In this document: positions 1 through 13,836 of the stretch, piece by piece | How the letters are laid out: each line of letters begins with the position of its first letter | Position numbering within the stretch: position 1 is the first letter of the stretch | Source: Eledone cirrhosa | Lineage: Eukaryota | Length of the DNA: 64,000 bases | NCBI GenBank assembly: GCA_964016885.1 | Contig: OZ024742.1 | Span: forward strand, 314,278,001 to 314,342,000 | Direction: 5' to 3' | Position numbers and translations under genes: made by a program | Notes under the pieces: generated by a model | Seen by the model: the letters and a program-made list of their open reading frames with translations, nothing else | Told to the model about the DNA's origin: nothing | Databases searched by the model: none

Positions 1-56
1 TACATACATACATACATACATACATACATACATACATACATACATACATACATGAT

Positions 57-226
57 GATGGTTGCCCCCTCGTTATTGAGTATGGCCATTGCACGATATA
101 GCATTATTAATACTTATTAATTAATTCTATCGTGCAATGCCTGTGCATGAAGATATTTTTTAAAGTGAGGAAAGACTGTGCACTGAGCCAATCCGACTCT
201 CTGAGTGACCGGAACAATAACCCGAA
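57..226 (+). repeat. ~170-bp interspersed repeat embedded in (CATA)n, with internal hairpin CATTGCACGATA...TATCGTGCAATG
   Basis: Diverged reverse-complement copy at 1248-1416, which also abuts (TATG)n. Confidence 0.75.
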
Positions 227-480
227 CATACATACATACACAAACACACACACACAATATATATATATTTATTTATTTATTTATAAAGGATGAAGAGCCC
301 CCTCCAAGGCACAATCCTAGGCAGGCAAGGTTTTTAGTGGAAGTTCACGCTACAGAAGTTGTCTAAGGGAAAGGCAATGGCCGATATAGCTTGGCACCAG
401 TGACGTCGCAATTCATTTCTACAGCTGAATACATTTCTATAGCTGAGTACATTTATATATATATATATATATATATATTA

Positions 481-885
481 ACACAAGGACGGATGGTTAA
501 GCCTTCATTACGTTTATTGGTTGCTCACGCGCGTTTCTTTATTGATCAGCTCAAGGTTCGATCTGTATCGATGTGGCCCGACTCTGGAATCCAAAGCACG
601 TCGGACTTCTATTGTAGTAATGACAGAAAATGACAGAAAATTTTACTACAACAGAGGTCCGACGAGCTTTTGATTCCAGAGTCGGGCCAGATCGATGCAG
701 ATCGAACCTTGAGCTGATCAATAGCGAAACGCGCGACGCCAACCAATAAATGTAATGAAGGCTTAACTATTCGTCGTTGTTTTATTATACTACACTGTCT
801 AGCTCTACACCTCGATACTGACGTGAACCTAAACATCGAGTGCTCACCTAGTTGAACCTACAATAACTTCTCTTTACACTCTCTG

Positions 886-888
<3 letters not shown>
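481..888. mobile_element. Fold-back non-autonomous element (family A), (TA)n-flanked, with decayed hammerhead
   Basis: Arm 481-620 is the reverse complement of ~643-786; a tail runs to 888. A homologous copy is at 23527-23680. Confidence 0.8.
656..740 (+). ncRNA. Decayed type I hammerhead ribozyme (family A)
   Basis: ggt-CCGACGA-gcttttgat...atcaatagc-GAAA-cgcgcg-AC-gcc; the copy at 23547-23631 reads ggt-CTAACGA-gcc...ggc-GAAA-tgcgct-TC-gcc; the consensus gives CUGACGA/GAAA/GUC. Confidence 0.6.
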
Positions 889-952
<64 letters not shown>

Positions 953-1050
953 ATATATATACATATATATATATGTATATATGTATATATGTATATATGT
1001 ATATATGTATATCGTGAAGGACCACTAGCTTTTGTCAGTGCATTATTCTA

Positions 1051-1160
1051 GATCCCGCCGAGGTTAACTTTGCCTTTCATCCTTACGGGGTCGATAAAAT
1101 AAAGTACCAGTAATGCACTGGCTAATTGCTGGCCTTGTGCCAAAAGTCGAAACAATTATT
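1051..1160 (+). mobile_element. tRNA-derived SINE, 5'-truncated
   Basis: CCCGCCGAGGTTAACTTTGCCTTTCATCCTTACGGGGTCGATAAAATAAAGTACCAG body shared with many copies in the window. Confidence 0.85.
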
Positions 1161-1247
1161 CTAGTAAAGTCAACTCAGATAAGTGGGATAACTCTGACAT
1201 AAAATCTGCGGCTCAGTAGTTACCGATAATGTTGATCTTTTCTTCTT

Positions 1248-1416
1248 TTCGGGTTATATTTACTGTCGCTCAGAGAGTGGGACTGGCTCAGTTCACAGTC
1301 TTTCCTCACTTTAAGAAGATCGTCACGCACAGGCATTGCACGATAGCATTAATCAATAATTATTAATAATGTTATATCATGCAATGGCCATACTCGATAA
1401 CTAGGGGGCAGCCATC
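1248..1416 (-). repeat. Second copy of the (CATA)n-associated 170-bp repeat
   Basis: Reverse complement of 57-226. Confidence 0.75.
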
Positions 1417-1521
1417 ATATACGTATGTATGTATGTACGTATGTATGTATGTATGTATGTATGTATGTATGTATGTATGTATGTATGTATGTATGTATGT
1501 TTGTATGTATGTGTGTATGTA

Positions 1522-1577
<56 letters not shown>

Positions 1578-1678
1578 GGTATTGAGTGTCCAAGATGCAA
1601 AGACCAGGACAACCACAACCAGAGTAGGACACGATGCGTGGTGGATATATTAGTAAGGTGTAGATTCGATCACGATCT

Positions 1679-1720
1679 CACACGGTTTCAGCTTGCAACC
1701 TCGGCAAGATTCTTCAATGT
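1679..1720 (-). ncRNA. Degenerate hammerhead-like motif
   Basis: Minus strand aca-TTGAAGA-at-cttgc-cgaggtt-gcaag-ct-GAAA-ccg-TG-tg; stem II is intact, the core and cleavage triplet are mutated. Confidence 0.4.
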
Positions 1721-2691
1721 AGTGAAACTTCAACTTGTATAACAAATGAAATAATGATGCTTATTTCTAAAGGAACGTTTTGTAAATAATTATTCTATTT
1801 TAAAAATAATGAAATATTTCTCTCTACCTAATAATCTAACCCTAAAATTAATCACATATGATGTTCGAGCGTCTTTAGCAGACTCCACGCGTTTGTAACA
1901 TTCAAATCAGGTCCCTGTTTGAGGAGTCCTTCTCTTCCAGTGGTATCGGATAATCTTAAACGTGTCATGGAGGTGGCGACCAAAAAAATGAAATAAATAA
2001 ATAAAAATAAAATGAAATAATGAAATAGATTTAAAAAGCAATAAATAGAAGCTTAATATAGGATTGTCTATCATTCACTAATATCTAAGTGATGCGGAAT
2101 AGCCATTAAATTTTAGGAAAACAGAGATAAATAACTCTCCGTGATGTAATACTGTCGCACAGATTTAAATAAGTTATGAATTCCAGTATTTCCAACTCTG
2201 TATTGCAGTACCTCACAACTGCATATTATAACTTATAACTTATAAAGTGTCACTAAGGTGGTCAGTCAAATGCCAATGTTCGATTCATAGTTTCTAGAAT
2301 TAGATATTAAATTATATAGGAAGTCGTCTAAGTGAATCTGAAAAAGCGTAAAGCAAAGGCCACGTTCTTATTTTATTTCTAACTGAATTTCTCTTGTAGT
2401 CTCTCACAATTTCAGTCTTCCGTTCTAATGTATAGTATTGTATATGTTCCATTTTAATTGAGTCTCTTCTCCTTCTATGTTGCTGTTGTTTCCTGTAATA
2501 TTATATCTCTATATGGAACTTTTATAATCTGTTATGGACAGGAGTCCTTACGATACAGAACAACCATACACCCCCCTCCACAGACACTGAGCATTCAATC
2601 ACACATATCTACTCACACACACGCACTTACACACACTGGCAGACATACATACAGACACACACACACGCTCGCACATATATATATATATATA

Positions 2692-3540
2692 TGAAAAAAG
2701 TTTGTCCTTCATCAGTGATCTTCCAACTATCATAGGCATTTCATCGCTTTAAAGACCATATACCTCCGGTTGGTGCGAGCAACGGCTAAAAAAAGTCGTT
2801 GGGACCCGTAAATAAAGGGGACGCGAGGGTAAACAAACAAAATGGTGAGGCAACAGAAAGTGAGAGCGCCCTTATTATCATATCTACACATATTTTTTCC
2901 TCTGCTGCTACACCGTCTTTTTCGTTCTATGTATCTTTACCCTTTCTAGCAGTCTCTTTCTATGTTAGCCTCTTCCTCACCTCACCCTTCACTCACTCAT
3001 TCTCTGTCACTACCTCTCCTCCTCCTCCTCTTTCTTCCCGTTTGACCTGTGAGTAACTCTTTTCTCTCACATTCTCGGCCAAGCTGGTCGGAATTTTTTC
3101 TCTCTCGTCTACGTTTTCACAGAACTTATGTTTACCGAATTCGCAGACCAGACCCCTTCTTCCCCCCGTTAGACCTGTGCGAAATTCCTTCCTTGCTCAC
3201 ATTTCAACCAGGTTTGATGGTCTTTATTCTCTCGTTCACGATTTCACCGAACTTAAATTCATAGAAATCTGGGACTTGTTCCTTCTTCCTCACTTTCTCT
3301 TGCCTCACCATTTTGTTTGTTTACCCTCGCGTCCCCTTTATTTACGTGTCCCAACGACTTTTTTTAGCCGTTGCTCGCACCAACCGGAGGTATATGGTCT
3401 TTAAAGCGATGAAATGCCTATGATAGTTGGAAGATGACTGATGAAGGACAAACTTTTTTCATATGTAACCCATTTGCAACTCCACAGCGCCCTTATTATC
3501 ATATTTACATATTATTCAAATATTATCATATTTATATATT
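2692..3540 (+). mobile_element. (TA)n-flanked non-autonomous element with inverted 5' arm and partial tandem repeat (PLE-like architecture)
   Basis: 2692-2864 is the reverse complement of ~3289-3462; direct repeat AGCGCCCTTATTATCATAT at 2865 and 3486; related to 43950-44660. Confidence 0.75.
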
Positions 3541-3589
3541 TTATTAATTGTATATATATATATATATATATACAATTAATAAAATATGA

Positions 3590-4467
3590 AAACCAAGTTT
3601 GTTAATCCATATTCATCTTTAATTTCAACAATTGTTTCTATAGAGATAGATAAGTGCGGTTCCAGTTCATATAATCAATGAATCCGACAGTTAGAATTAA
3701 CAATTATAATTGGGGTCGTTTGGATCACTAAGTGCACATTTTGATTTGGGATTTTTATTAGGCCTTGTATTGATATATCTATTGTCATAGTTACTATAGT
3801 GAATACCCCCTATATTTCGGTTATTAGTTATTGCAGTTGAAATCTCGAGGTATCCTTTAAATTGTTTTTATGTAAAACGTTATGCTCATGATAAGCTGCA
3901 TAATTACAACGAGTGTTCTTCGATATTTTGGTTAATGTAGGATTATCTAGTTAATGCATAAGTTAACGCTCAAATTAGATTCATGTGAATTTACGTTATG
4001 CGAGATAACATTAGAGTTTCTGTTGTCCTTTTTAGGATTAACGCTGTATTGGATTTTTTCCTTATAGCTTAATCTACACAATATCGTATACACTTGTCAA
4101 TACTAACACTATCAGAAGAGAGTCTAGAAATTCGGTTGTATACGTTGGTTATGGATCAAGAGTGATTAGATAGATCATTGGTATAGAAGAGGATTATGAA
4201 AAGGTTTGTACAGTGCTCAAATCTAGCTCAAAAGTTACATCCAAGAAGTTTACTACCTTATTATTAGTTTCAATAGTTATTGTTAGGTCATATTCTTTGA
4301 AGAATCTGTGTAATCTTTTCGTATTTGTTTTCTAGATTTATACTATTCCTACTAGTAGTGAAGGAGGGCATCATCGTGATATAATCTCCCTTTTAATTTG
4401 CTTAGTAGGAAAATACAAAATAAATCAGTGTAGAGTTACTTGAACCCATGGTGATATCAAAATTATT
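3590..4467 (-). pseudogene. Decayed Penelope-like RT remnant
   Basis: Minus-strand fragments NNFDITMGSS, LYHDDAL and RFFKEYDLTITIETNNKVVNFLDVTFEL match PLE RT motifs FDVTMG / LYRDDGL / ITIEAN.KVVNFLDVT. Confidence 0.7.
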
Positions 4468-4631
4468 ATGGGGGGGGGGGGTCGGGTCCAAAAGCTCCTA
4501 TTGAGCTTAGTTATGGGCTCCCATGCCGAGTGTCCCTTCGATTCGACTTGGATTCCTGCATACTGTTATCTACCTATCTCCTTCTCTAACTCAATTTCTT
4601 TGTCTCTCTCTCTCTCTCTCTCCCCCCCCCC

Positions 4632-4663
<32 letters not shown>

Positions 4664-7600
4664 TTATCTATCTATCTATATGTCTATCTCACTCTCCCTT
4701 TCTCCCCCCTCTCTCTATCTCTCTGGCTATTGACCAGCTTGAAGCAAGTCACTGACAAAGATCTATTATTTTGCGCCCTATCTTTTTTTGTTGTTATTAT
4801 AATTGTTGCAGTGATTCTTAGCTGTTATTAGTAGGATATTTTCAGTTTCCTCATGCCTACTGGCTTTTATTGTTGTCTGTTTTGGTGATTGTTTTATCTG
4901 GGTGTCCCTTTTCCTTTCGGTCTATTGTTTTTGTTATTTATTTCTTCTGTGTTGCTTTTATTCCGATTTAGGCCTGGGAGGAAATAATTCTTCAATCGAT
5001 TCTAAGTTACCATTATCATTACGATTGCTGCTTTTGTTACAGTTGTTGTTCTCTTTGTTGATGGTGGCCTTGTTATTTTATTTTCGTCTTGTTTGATATT
5101 GTTCTGCTTTTATTGATCTTAATACATTAATATCTCAATTTGGCATGAAGCCTAAACTTTGTAGGAGAGATATATAGCCGATTAAAATGATTCAATACTT
5201 GATCATTACTTGCTTTATCAACACTGTTATGATTTAAATGTAGAACTTAAAAAGCTTAACAAAAGAAAAAGTGATAGAATAGCAACATAACTGGAATATC
5301 GGACTATATGTCTTGCGATAACAACCACCACTTACGTCTTAGAGCAAACACTATGCCTTACGTATTTCTATCAATATCAACACTAAACTCAATATCTGAT
5401 CTTTTAAAACAGAAGTGATAGTCTGAAAATATCACAAAGTAAAAGGCAAACGTGTGATTTATGGTTTTGTCTAATTTTTCGTACTTGCTTTCACTCTTGT
5501 ATTTCTAATTTACATTCTGTCGGTTTTCCCCAAACAATCATTAACTTCTAGAGGGATGATTCATGTTCACTCCTTAATGTTACTGTATAGAGGCTTCAGC
5601 AGGATACTACCGAGAAACCCCGCACCCAACCTGCTTTCCATCCTTAGACACATACCTCCAAGGTCACTTATCTCACCATATATATCTTATCTTATTCCAA
5701 CAAAGAACACGCTGATCAATAGTAACTCAATTTTCTTGTAATTAGATCATACTGTCTTGGAAATGCAAGAGCAGATCTAATCTTATATACGGAATATCCG
5801 TGAGAAGACCGGAATGCTCATAGCCACAATGGCTTCGGTTATAGTTTTACTTGGTTATTGCTGTTTGCTTAGAGGAAACCAACAACAGCAGCAGCAACAA
5901 AAGTAAAAGCACCAAGAACATGTCTTACTCCTTAGATCCTATACTCTCCAGGGAAGCTACCATCTTTAATCCTTCCCTGCATACTGTTTTCTCCTATAGA
6001 TGTTAACCTAAACAATAGCTGCCTGTATCTTCCTAATATTGACGGGCCTACAAACGACATAGATGTTGTTCGCTTCTGTATAACGAACTGATAAACTAGG
6101 CCGTCCTAGTCTAGTGCAGATACATTTCTATCTCAGTCTTCGCTGGTGAAAACAATTATTACTAGTAGTGTAATATATAGCATTTTCTCGTTTGTAATGG
6201 CACCAGAAATATGAAAAAGAGAAAAATGTAAATGTCAGATGTATTTAAATCCCAGCATAAAGGGACGCAACCAAACATGGTGTGTAAATAAGTATGATAC
6301 GACTGTGTATTGTGATTAAGACGGCTGTACTTTTAATTAGTATGTTTTAAAAAGAGATATATACCAGATAGGTATGTCTAAGCCCTCATTCTATTCTCCA
6401 TTAATGTATTTATCACTCAACTAATGAAACTAACAGGAAATCATATACATGTCACGCCAGCCCAGTGATTCATAGACGAATTGAGCTATTTTAAAGAGTC
6501 AGATCAGTGAATCCACTCAACCTCACCTCTGTTCCTTCGTTGATTTACTAAATCTATTTTAAAAGGCTTTATAGTAAGATGTGCAAGAATATAAGGAAGT
6601 CTATGAAACACAGAACCAAAATGTATACATACATATATCAATATCGGTTATACTTTATATTTAAAATATATCACTATACATAGCAGTGTAGATTTCAATC
6701 AAAATGCTAGGTCAAAGCCAATTGTAATTCATACTGATGACGTTTGTGGTTTTTCTGTATGTAAAACGCCGAGGCTGATCGGTGACGTGGAGTGAAGGTG
6801 AGTTGTGAATCTACAAAAGACAATTCCGATACTTTATCTAGCGGTACACTTGTGATATAAGCGTCAAATATAACTTTTGTTATTGCCCGACAATCTGTAC
6901 ATCACAAACTGACAGCAGCAGGCTGCTTTCCGATAGGTTTTGTTTCTTTTTAGAACCTATTAGTGGCGAAAACCTTCGATGTTCCGGTCCTCTAGTATAT
7001 TTGATCAGTATTTAGCTGATCACCTCTGAGGTGAAGTGGCTCAATTAGAGTTTTTTACCCGATATTCTTTGGGATAGCGCATACTAATTTATACAACAGA
7101 ATCACAAAACATTGCATGAAACACTATGGGATAAGAAACTTCAGCTAAAAAATACACCTTTGACAATATATTAAGTGGATCTCTAGAAGAAATTATTGTA
7201 AAGTGAAATAAGAACATACATTGAATAAAAATAGAGATTCTCTGTACATTGTGGAGCTAGACATATTTTCATTTCGATCTTTCATTTCTATTATATACTT
7301 CTGTCTTTTCATGATATGTCTATCAACATTTTCGTTGAAGACAACAGTAAGTTTATCCTACGTCTGTTTTGGTGTTACTTTTGGAATAAGTTTCGCCATC
7401 ACATTCTGATACTGTTACTATGACAATGGCAAACTTACCAAAAGTAAAGGCAAAACAGAAAGGAGTATTCATAGACATCTCTTTCAATCTAAATATGTAA
7501 ATAAATTTATTTTGTTCAAGGTGTCGTCCTTTTCATCAAATCTTCTGAGAATCTGATATTTACTATGTTTTGTCTTCAATAATACAATTTCATAGATTAT

Positions 7601-9399
7601 CAGTTAAGTTTGTAATATTATCCGGTAGGTTATAACATTGAAATAGAAGTTTGAAATAGAAGTTTGAAATGTTATAAACGTCGTCAGACAAACAGCCATT
7701 AGCTATGTGCATAATATTTCGAAGAACACCAGAGCAATAAATGGATATGTATTGTTGTCTTCGTGATAGAAACGAGATAGTGAACATGATTCCACGGAAA
7801 CTTAAATATTCTTCTTGAACCTACCACATGAGTCAATAATATATTCTTACGGTTTGTTACGTCAATATTTTAATCATCCGTAGTACCAACAAAGAGAACG
7901 GCAAAGATGTGAAGAAGAACACAATTATATATCTCCCAAATAGAGAATATTTAAGTGTGTTAAATGAACCGTGGCTTATATATCTCGTCACATCATAAGC
8001 TCTTCTATTCTTGCACAGACAAGATAGGCCCGTCAATAAAGTAAAATATTGGCTAATGTAAAACTAGTCCAGTTCCCTAAAATAAGGATTATGTGGGGTT
8101 CCTTTTTTTCATAAGGAGTAGGATTCAAATATAAGCAACTTTAACGTTTTACAGGAACTAATATTAAACTCATAGGAAAGATATATGGCTTTCGGAAAAT
8201 CCAGAAAAGTCATTGAAAATATCTGAGGTATTGTACATAATATTGTTATGTATTCGTTTTCATGTTTGGGAAAGAGTTTATCAAAATCATTTATATATTC
8301 ATATTAATTCATATTATATGATAAATAATATTATGAATAATGTAATGAATAATGCCTATAGAAATGAGTTTACAGAGTGTTCCATTAGATAACAATAAAA
8401 AATATATAGCAAAACGAAACTAAAAAATGACAATAAGATTAATAAAGAGGAAAATATATATTATAGACGACACAATGAATAAGACGGACATTAACGAAAC
8501 GGAAGCAAACAACGATTTATACGAGAAAGATAAAAGAACGTGATCGGAAATTTCTTGATTCTGATAAATGGTTTCCAGCGTTAAATATTTTATTCATAAT
8601 CTTACATTCTTGGTCTATACAGAATATATTCCCATGTGTAGTCTCTTACATATGTTTATATGTGTATTTATATGCTTCTGAGAAAGATTGAGTTAAAATT
8701 CTAATACTGCAAACACGTTTCATGCTCGAACTTGAAGCAATTCATGACACTATTGGCTTTCACAATGGAATAGATGTCTCCTGACGTCGTTTGAGTTTTA
8801 GTCTATAAATCAGAGATATATTCTAAAGAATAAAATGAGAGGTTTGATATTATCACTTCCGCTATGTTGTTGGAGAAGTGATAAAAATCAAGCCTCGCAT
8901 TGCATTCTTTAGAATGTGTTATCTAGGGAAATGTTTCGCATCATGTTTTGAGTAAGATCATTTCAATCGGAAAGAAAAGATTATTAATCCCATTAGCAAA
9001 TATAGGCATGAAGGGTAGGGTAGCGTATATAATAGGTGCAGCACTATAGACACTAGTGTGTATCTGTTTCTCTGTGTCATTATGCATAGATATGTGCGTG
9101 TGTACATACGATAATATATATATATATATATATATATAAATGGAAAAAATGAAACGAAATTTCATTTCTCACTCTTACGGCTGTTACTTAAATATAAGTA
9201 TGTATACGTACATGCATATATATATATATATACAGAGGTACAGTAGTATGTATATACATACATGCACACATATATATATGTACGTATGGATTTACCGATC
9301 ATTTATTTTAATGCTTGGTCTGTTTGTAAACAAACATCCTGAATTAAGCCGTACAGTGTTTAGCAACCATCGAACCTTTTGTTCAACACTGACAAAGGA

Positions 9400-9442
9400 A
9401 CGATGTACTAGTTTCAAGCTTATTAGCTTTCGCCAGCACCGT
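9400..9442 (-). ncRNA. Minimal type I hammerhead (family C, left arm)
   Basis: acggtg-CTGGCGA-aagct-aata-agctt-GAAA-ctag-TA-catcgt (A6 to G mutation). Confidence 0.65.
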
Positions 9443-10027
9443 ATACCTTCCTGCCAGATGATTGAACGTCTGAAAGTATATACTTTCCTTATGCATATTA
9501 ACGGCTGAGCAGCCTAATTTGCATATCGAGTGAGTTAATCGGCCGGGCGCACCGAAAACGATGAATGGAAAAAATGAAACGAAATTTCATTTCTCACTCT
9601 TAGTACGGCTGTTACCTAAATATAAGTATGTATACGTACATGCATATATGTATACAGACGTACAGTAGTATGTATATATATATATATATGTACGGTTTAA
9701 TTCGGGATGTTTGTTTACAAACAAACCGAGCATTATAATAAATGCTCAGTAAATCCATACGTACCTATATATATGTGTGCATGTATGTATATATATACAT
9801 AGTACTGTACGTCTGTATACATATATGTATGTACGTATACATACTTATATTTAGGTAACAGCCGTACTAAGAGTGAGAAATGAAATTTCGTTTCATTTTT
9901 TCCATTTATCGTTTTCGGTGCGCCAGGCCGATTAACTCACTCGATATGTAAATTAGGCTGCTCAGCCGTTAATATGCATAAGGAAAGTATATACTTTCAG
10001 ACGTTCAATTATCTGGCAGGAAGGTAT

Positions 10028-10070
10028 ACGGTGCTGACGATAGCTAATAAGCTTGAAACTAGTACATAGT
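10028..10070 (+). ncRNA. Minimal type I hammerhead (family C, right arm)
   Basis: acggtg-CTGACGA-t-agct-aata-agct-t-GAAA-ctag-TA-catagt; palindromic stem III ACUAGU, GUA cleavage triplet. Confidence 0.75.
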
Positions 10071-10356
10071 TCCTTTGTCACTGTTGAACAAAAGGGAAAC
10101 GATGGTTGCTAAACACTGTACGGCTTAATTCGGGATGTTTGTTTACAAACAAACCGAGCATTATAATAAATGCTCGGTAAATCCATACGTATATATATAT
10201 ATATGTGTGCATGTATGTATATATATACATACTACTGTACGTCTGTATACATATATGCATGTACGTATACATACTTATATATATATATATATATATACAT
10301 ATCAATCTCTCTCTCTCTCCCTCTCTCTCTACACACACAAATATGTATATATATAT

Positions 10357-10388
<32 letters not shown>

Positions 10389-10431
10389 GTATATATATAT
10401 GTATATATATATATAGAGAGAGAGACAGAGA

Positions 10432-10504
10432 GGTAGAACACTGGAAGGTAATATCCATAGTGGTAGAGCACTCAGACCATGGGACGAGTTAGGTAGAAGT
10501 GGTT
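10432..10504. repeat. Solo terminal tail of family J element
   Basis: Matches 43290-43362 (GAACACTGGAAG...GGGACGAGTTAGGTAGAAGTGGTT). Confidence 0.7.
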
Positions 10505-10509
10505 TATAT

Positions 10510-11542
10510 AATCCCAATCTTTGCCCCCAAATACAGGAAGTCCTCAGCCAATTCTAGCGGCTTCCTGCCTACATTAGTAATCTTCTCTGGCTTCTTAGTA
10601 TTCTCTACCAGATATTTCGTCTCAATCTCATTCATTCTCAACCCCACAGTCATCGACACAGTCTCTACCTCCTGCATTAAATCCCCTTCCTCCTTCACTG
10701 TGTTTGTCACCAAAACTATGTCTTTGGCAAATTCAGCATCCTATATCTTTTTCGCCTTAACAGTCCTGCTCTGAGTCGGTGTTACAGTAAGGCCAGCGAA
10801 AGGCGCATACATTAGTCCACTGCGATGATAAAAAGGTAGGGAGCCAATGTATCTCCCTGGAGCACTCCAGCCAGTATCTCAAAGATCTCTGTCATCCCAT
10901 CAGGTGTAATGACTTGGGCTTTGGTGTTGGTGTAGAGCAGTGATATCAGGTCCACTATCTTCTTGGGGATTTCATCTATCCTCTTGGGAGCAAAGATTGG
11001 GAATACGGAAGATGATGTGGTCATAAGGAAGAGCAAAGCCTGGGCGGCGTGTCACATCTTGAGATCAGTGTGGAAGTTGGACCTTCGTAAAGACCTGAAT
11101 ATCCGTCTCTTCGTTGCTGTAGTGGAGTCTGTGCTGCTGCACGGGTTTGAGACTTGGACACTGACCAAGAAACTCACTCAGATGGTGGATGGGTGCTTCA
11201 CGAGAATGCTGAGGATGATTCTGAACATTAATCAGTATACACCGAGGATGAAGAACTCAGAGCTGTACGGGAGCCTCCCAAAAGTCAGCTCCAAAATGCC
11301 ACAGAGAGACTAGGTTAGCTGGACATGCTCACCGACATCCAGAGTTGACATTGCACTCAGTGCTCCTGTGGGAGCCCCATGTATGGATACACTGGAAGAG
11401 GAAGACCGAGGTTAACATATGTTGATGCCCTAAGGACAGACACTGGTCTCTTGGAGACACGGGACATGGCAGCGATAATGTGGGACAGAGACCGCTGGAG
11501 AGAACTCGTCCATGGATCTCGAGAATGTTACCCCCCCCCCAC
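10510..11542 (+). mobile_element. 5'-truncated RTE-clade LINE with inverted 5' segment
   Basis: 10510-10972 encodes on the minus strand IPKKIVD...GVLQGDTLAPYLF...YLGAKIG; ~10981-11542 continues on the plus strand LGAKIGNTEDD...RGRPRLTYVDAL; closely similar to 24705-25720. Confidence 0.9.
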
Positions 11543-12399
11543 CATATATATATATATATATATATATATGCGTGTGTGTGTGTATTTGTCGAATTAAAAA
11601 TTACATGTATATATATATAGAGAGAGAAAGAGCTGTACATCGTTTCAGACACACAGAGTATTTTGAACACATATAAAGCATATACTATTTGGACATAGTA
11701 CATACTTTAAGTTGGAAAAGCCATTGTTTTCCTTACGGTATCGTTTCATATTTCATAAACTGAAGTAGAAAGCGATCTAATTAATCAATTGATTACCATC
11801 TATCGATTTTAGAAAATCTATGGAAGACACGAAACTAATTTTCAGATGAATCGTCTTTGGAAATGTTCCAAAACAGTACAAAACACATATATTTGTCGTG
11901 ATCTGAGAGCTAGTTAAACCTATACATTGGATGGTGTGAGGGAACTGTTCAACTGTCTTGGCATCTACACATAAGTCTGGGTGGCGTATCCCCTTGAAAG
12001 ATATGCGAATTACTAGTCACAGTTTAAGCAGCTCAAAAATTAAGACGTTATATACTATGTTAAGGGATTATAACATATATAATATGTATGATGATTATGT
12101 TTCTCAACAGAAAAGCCCCATGAACGCCGGCCCAGAGCATCAATAATTCAAATTAACACACATATATATATATGTGTGTGTGTGTGTGTGTCTGTATGTG
12201 TGTATGTGTACTATTGTATAGACAGCAAAATCAATTACGTAGAGCAGGATTAAGAAAAACAATTCTAGTACATCGAATATTAGAGCTACTGTAGTGCACT
12301 AATGATCTGATTCCATATTCAATGCTAGTATTATATCATACACTGTCACCCTCATATTACTCAATAAATCGTCTTCAAATGAGTTTTGAAAATAAGCAG

Positions 12400-12880
12400 T
12401 CTTAATGGAATTTAGGGAATTTCTTACGTAGTGGTCTAAGATAAAGAGGCCTAATCGCATATATCGGCACATCGAATAGGTAATTGTTAGTAAGTTTCTT
12501 TATCCAGGGGTCCTTATTATTAAAGGGGGGAATTTTCCTACAGTGGGATATTACTAACCAGTCTAACTCGTATATATTGGTGAAATTGCTAACGAAATCT
12601 AAATCTTTATCAAGTAAGGTCCTGGATATCAAAGATTAAATGTTAACTATATCGAATTGTGTAAACCTATATTTCTTAGAAGGTTTGAGGGCATTAAACC
12701 ACTCTATGACTACTCCACTATGATCACATTGATTAACGTTGGACCGCTGTCTAAAAGTTATATTAATGATTTTAAGTATGAGGTACCTAAAAAGTCCTAA
12801 TTCAGTTTAGACAGGGTTTATGATTCTGTAAGTTGGTTTATTAACGAAGTCATCCCTATCATCCTTAAGTGTGTTATAAC
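12400..12880 (-). pseudogene. Decayed Penelope-like RT remnant (same broad lineage as 3590-4467)
   Basis: Minus strand ...YRIINPV.TELG..., VIEWFNAL...FTQFDIV, LLDKDLDFVSNF...HCRK...PWIKK...LFDVP match PLE motifs RLINPAKSELG / VI.WF / FDI..FYPSI / FDVTMG. Confidence 0.7.
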
Positions 12881-12982
12881 CCAACAAAAATTACGTACCT
12901 GTACATCTCACAGATGTAATTAATTATATTTAACTCATCCTATGGACTGAGTGATCTAACCCTTCAATATCCTTGCCAAACC

Positions 12983-13833
<851 letters not shown>

Positions 13834-13836
13834 ATG

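Larger units (their letters stand above)
9139..10275. mobile_element. Head-to-head partial-tandem element (family C, ~425-bp unit) with hammerheads on both arms
   Basis: Unit starts at 9139 and restarts at ~9564; 9691-10275 is the reverse complement of the same unit; flanked by (TA)n. Confidence 0.8.

Noticed and set aside
6734-6775. CTGATGA followed by a possible stem
   Set aside because: No GAAA/UH or stem I; the same applies to CTGATGA at 35729.
7221-7787. Hydrophobic short ORFs (also 37931-38328)
   Set aside because: Explained by AT-rich composition; no family motif.
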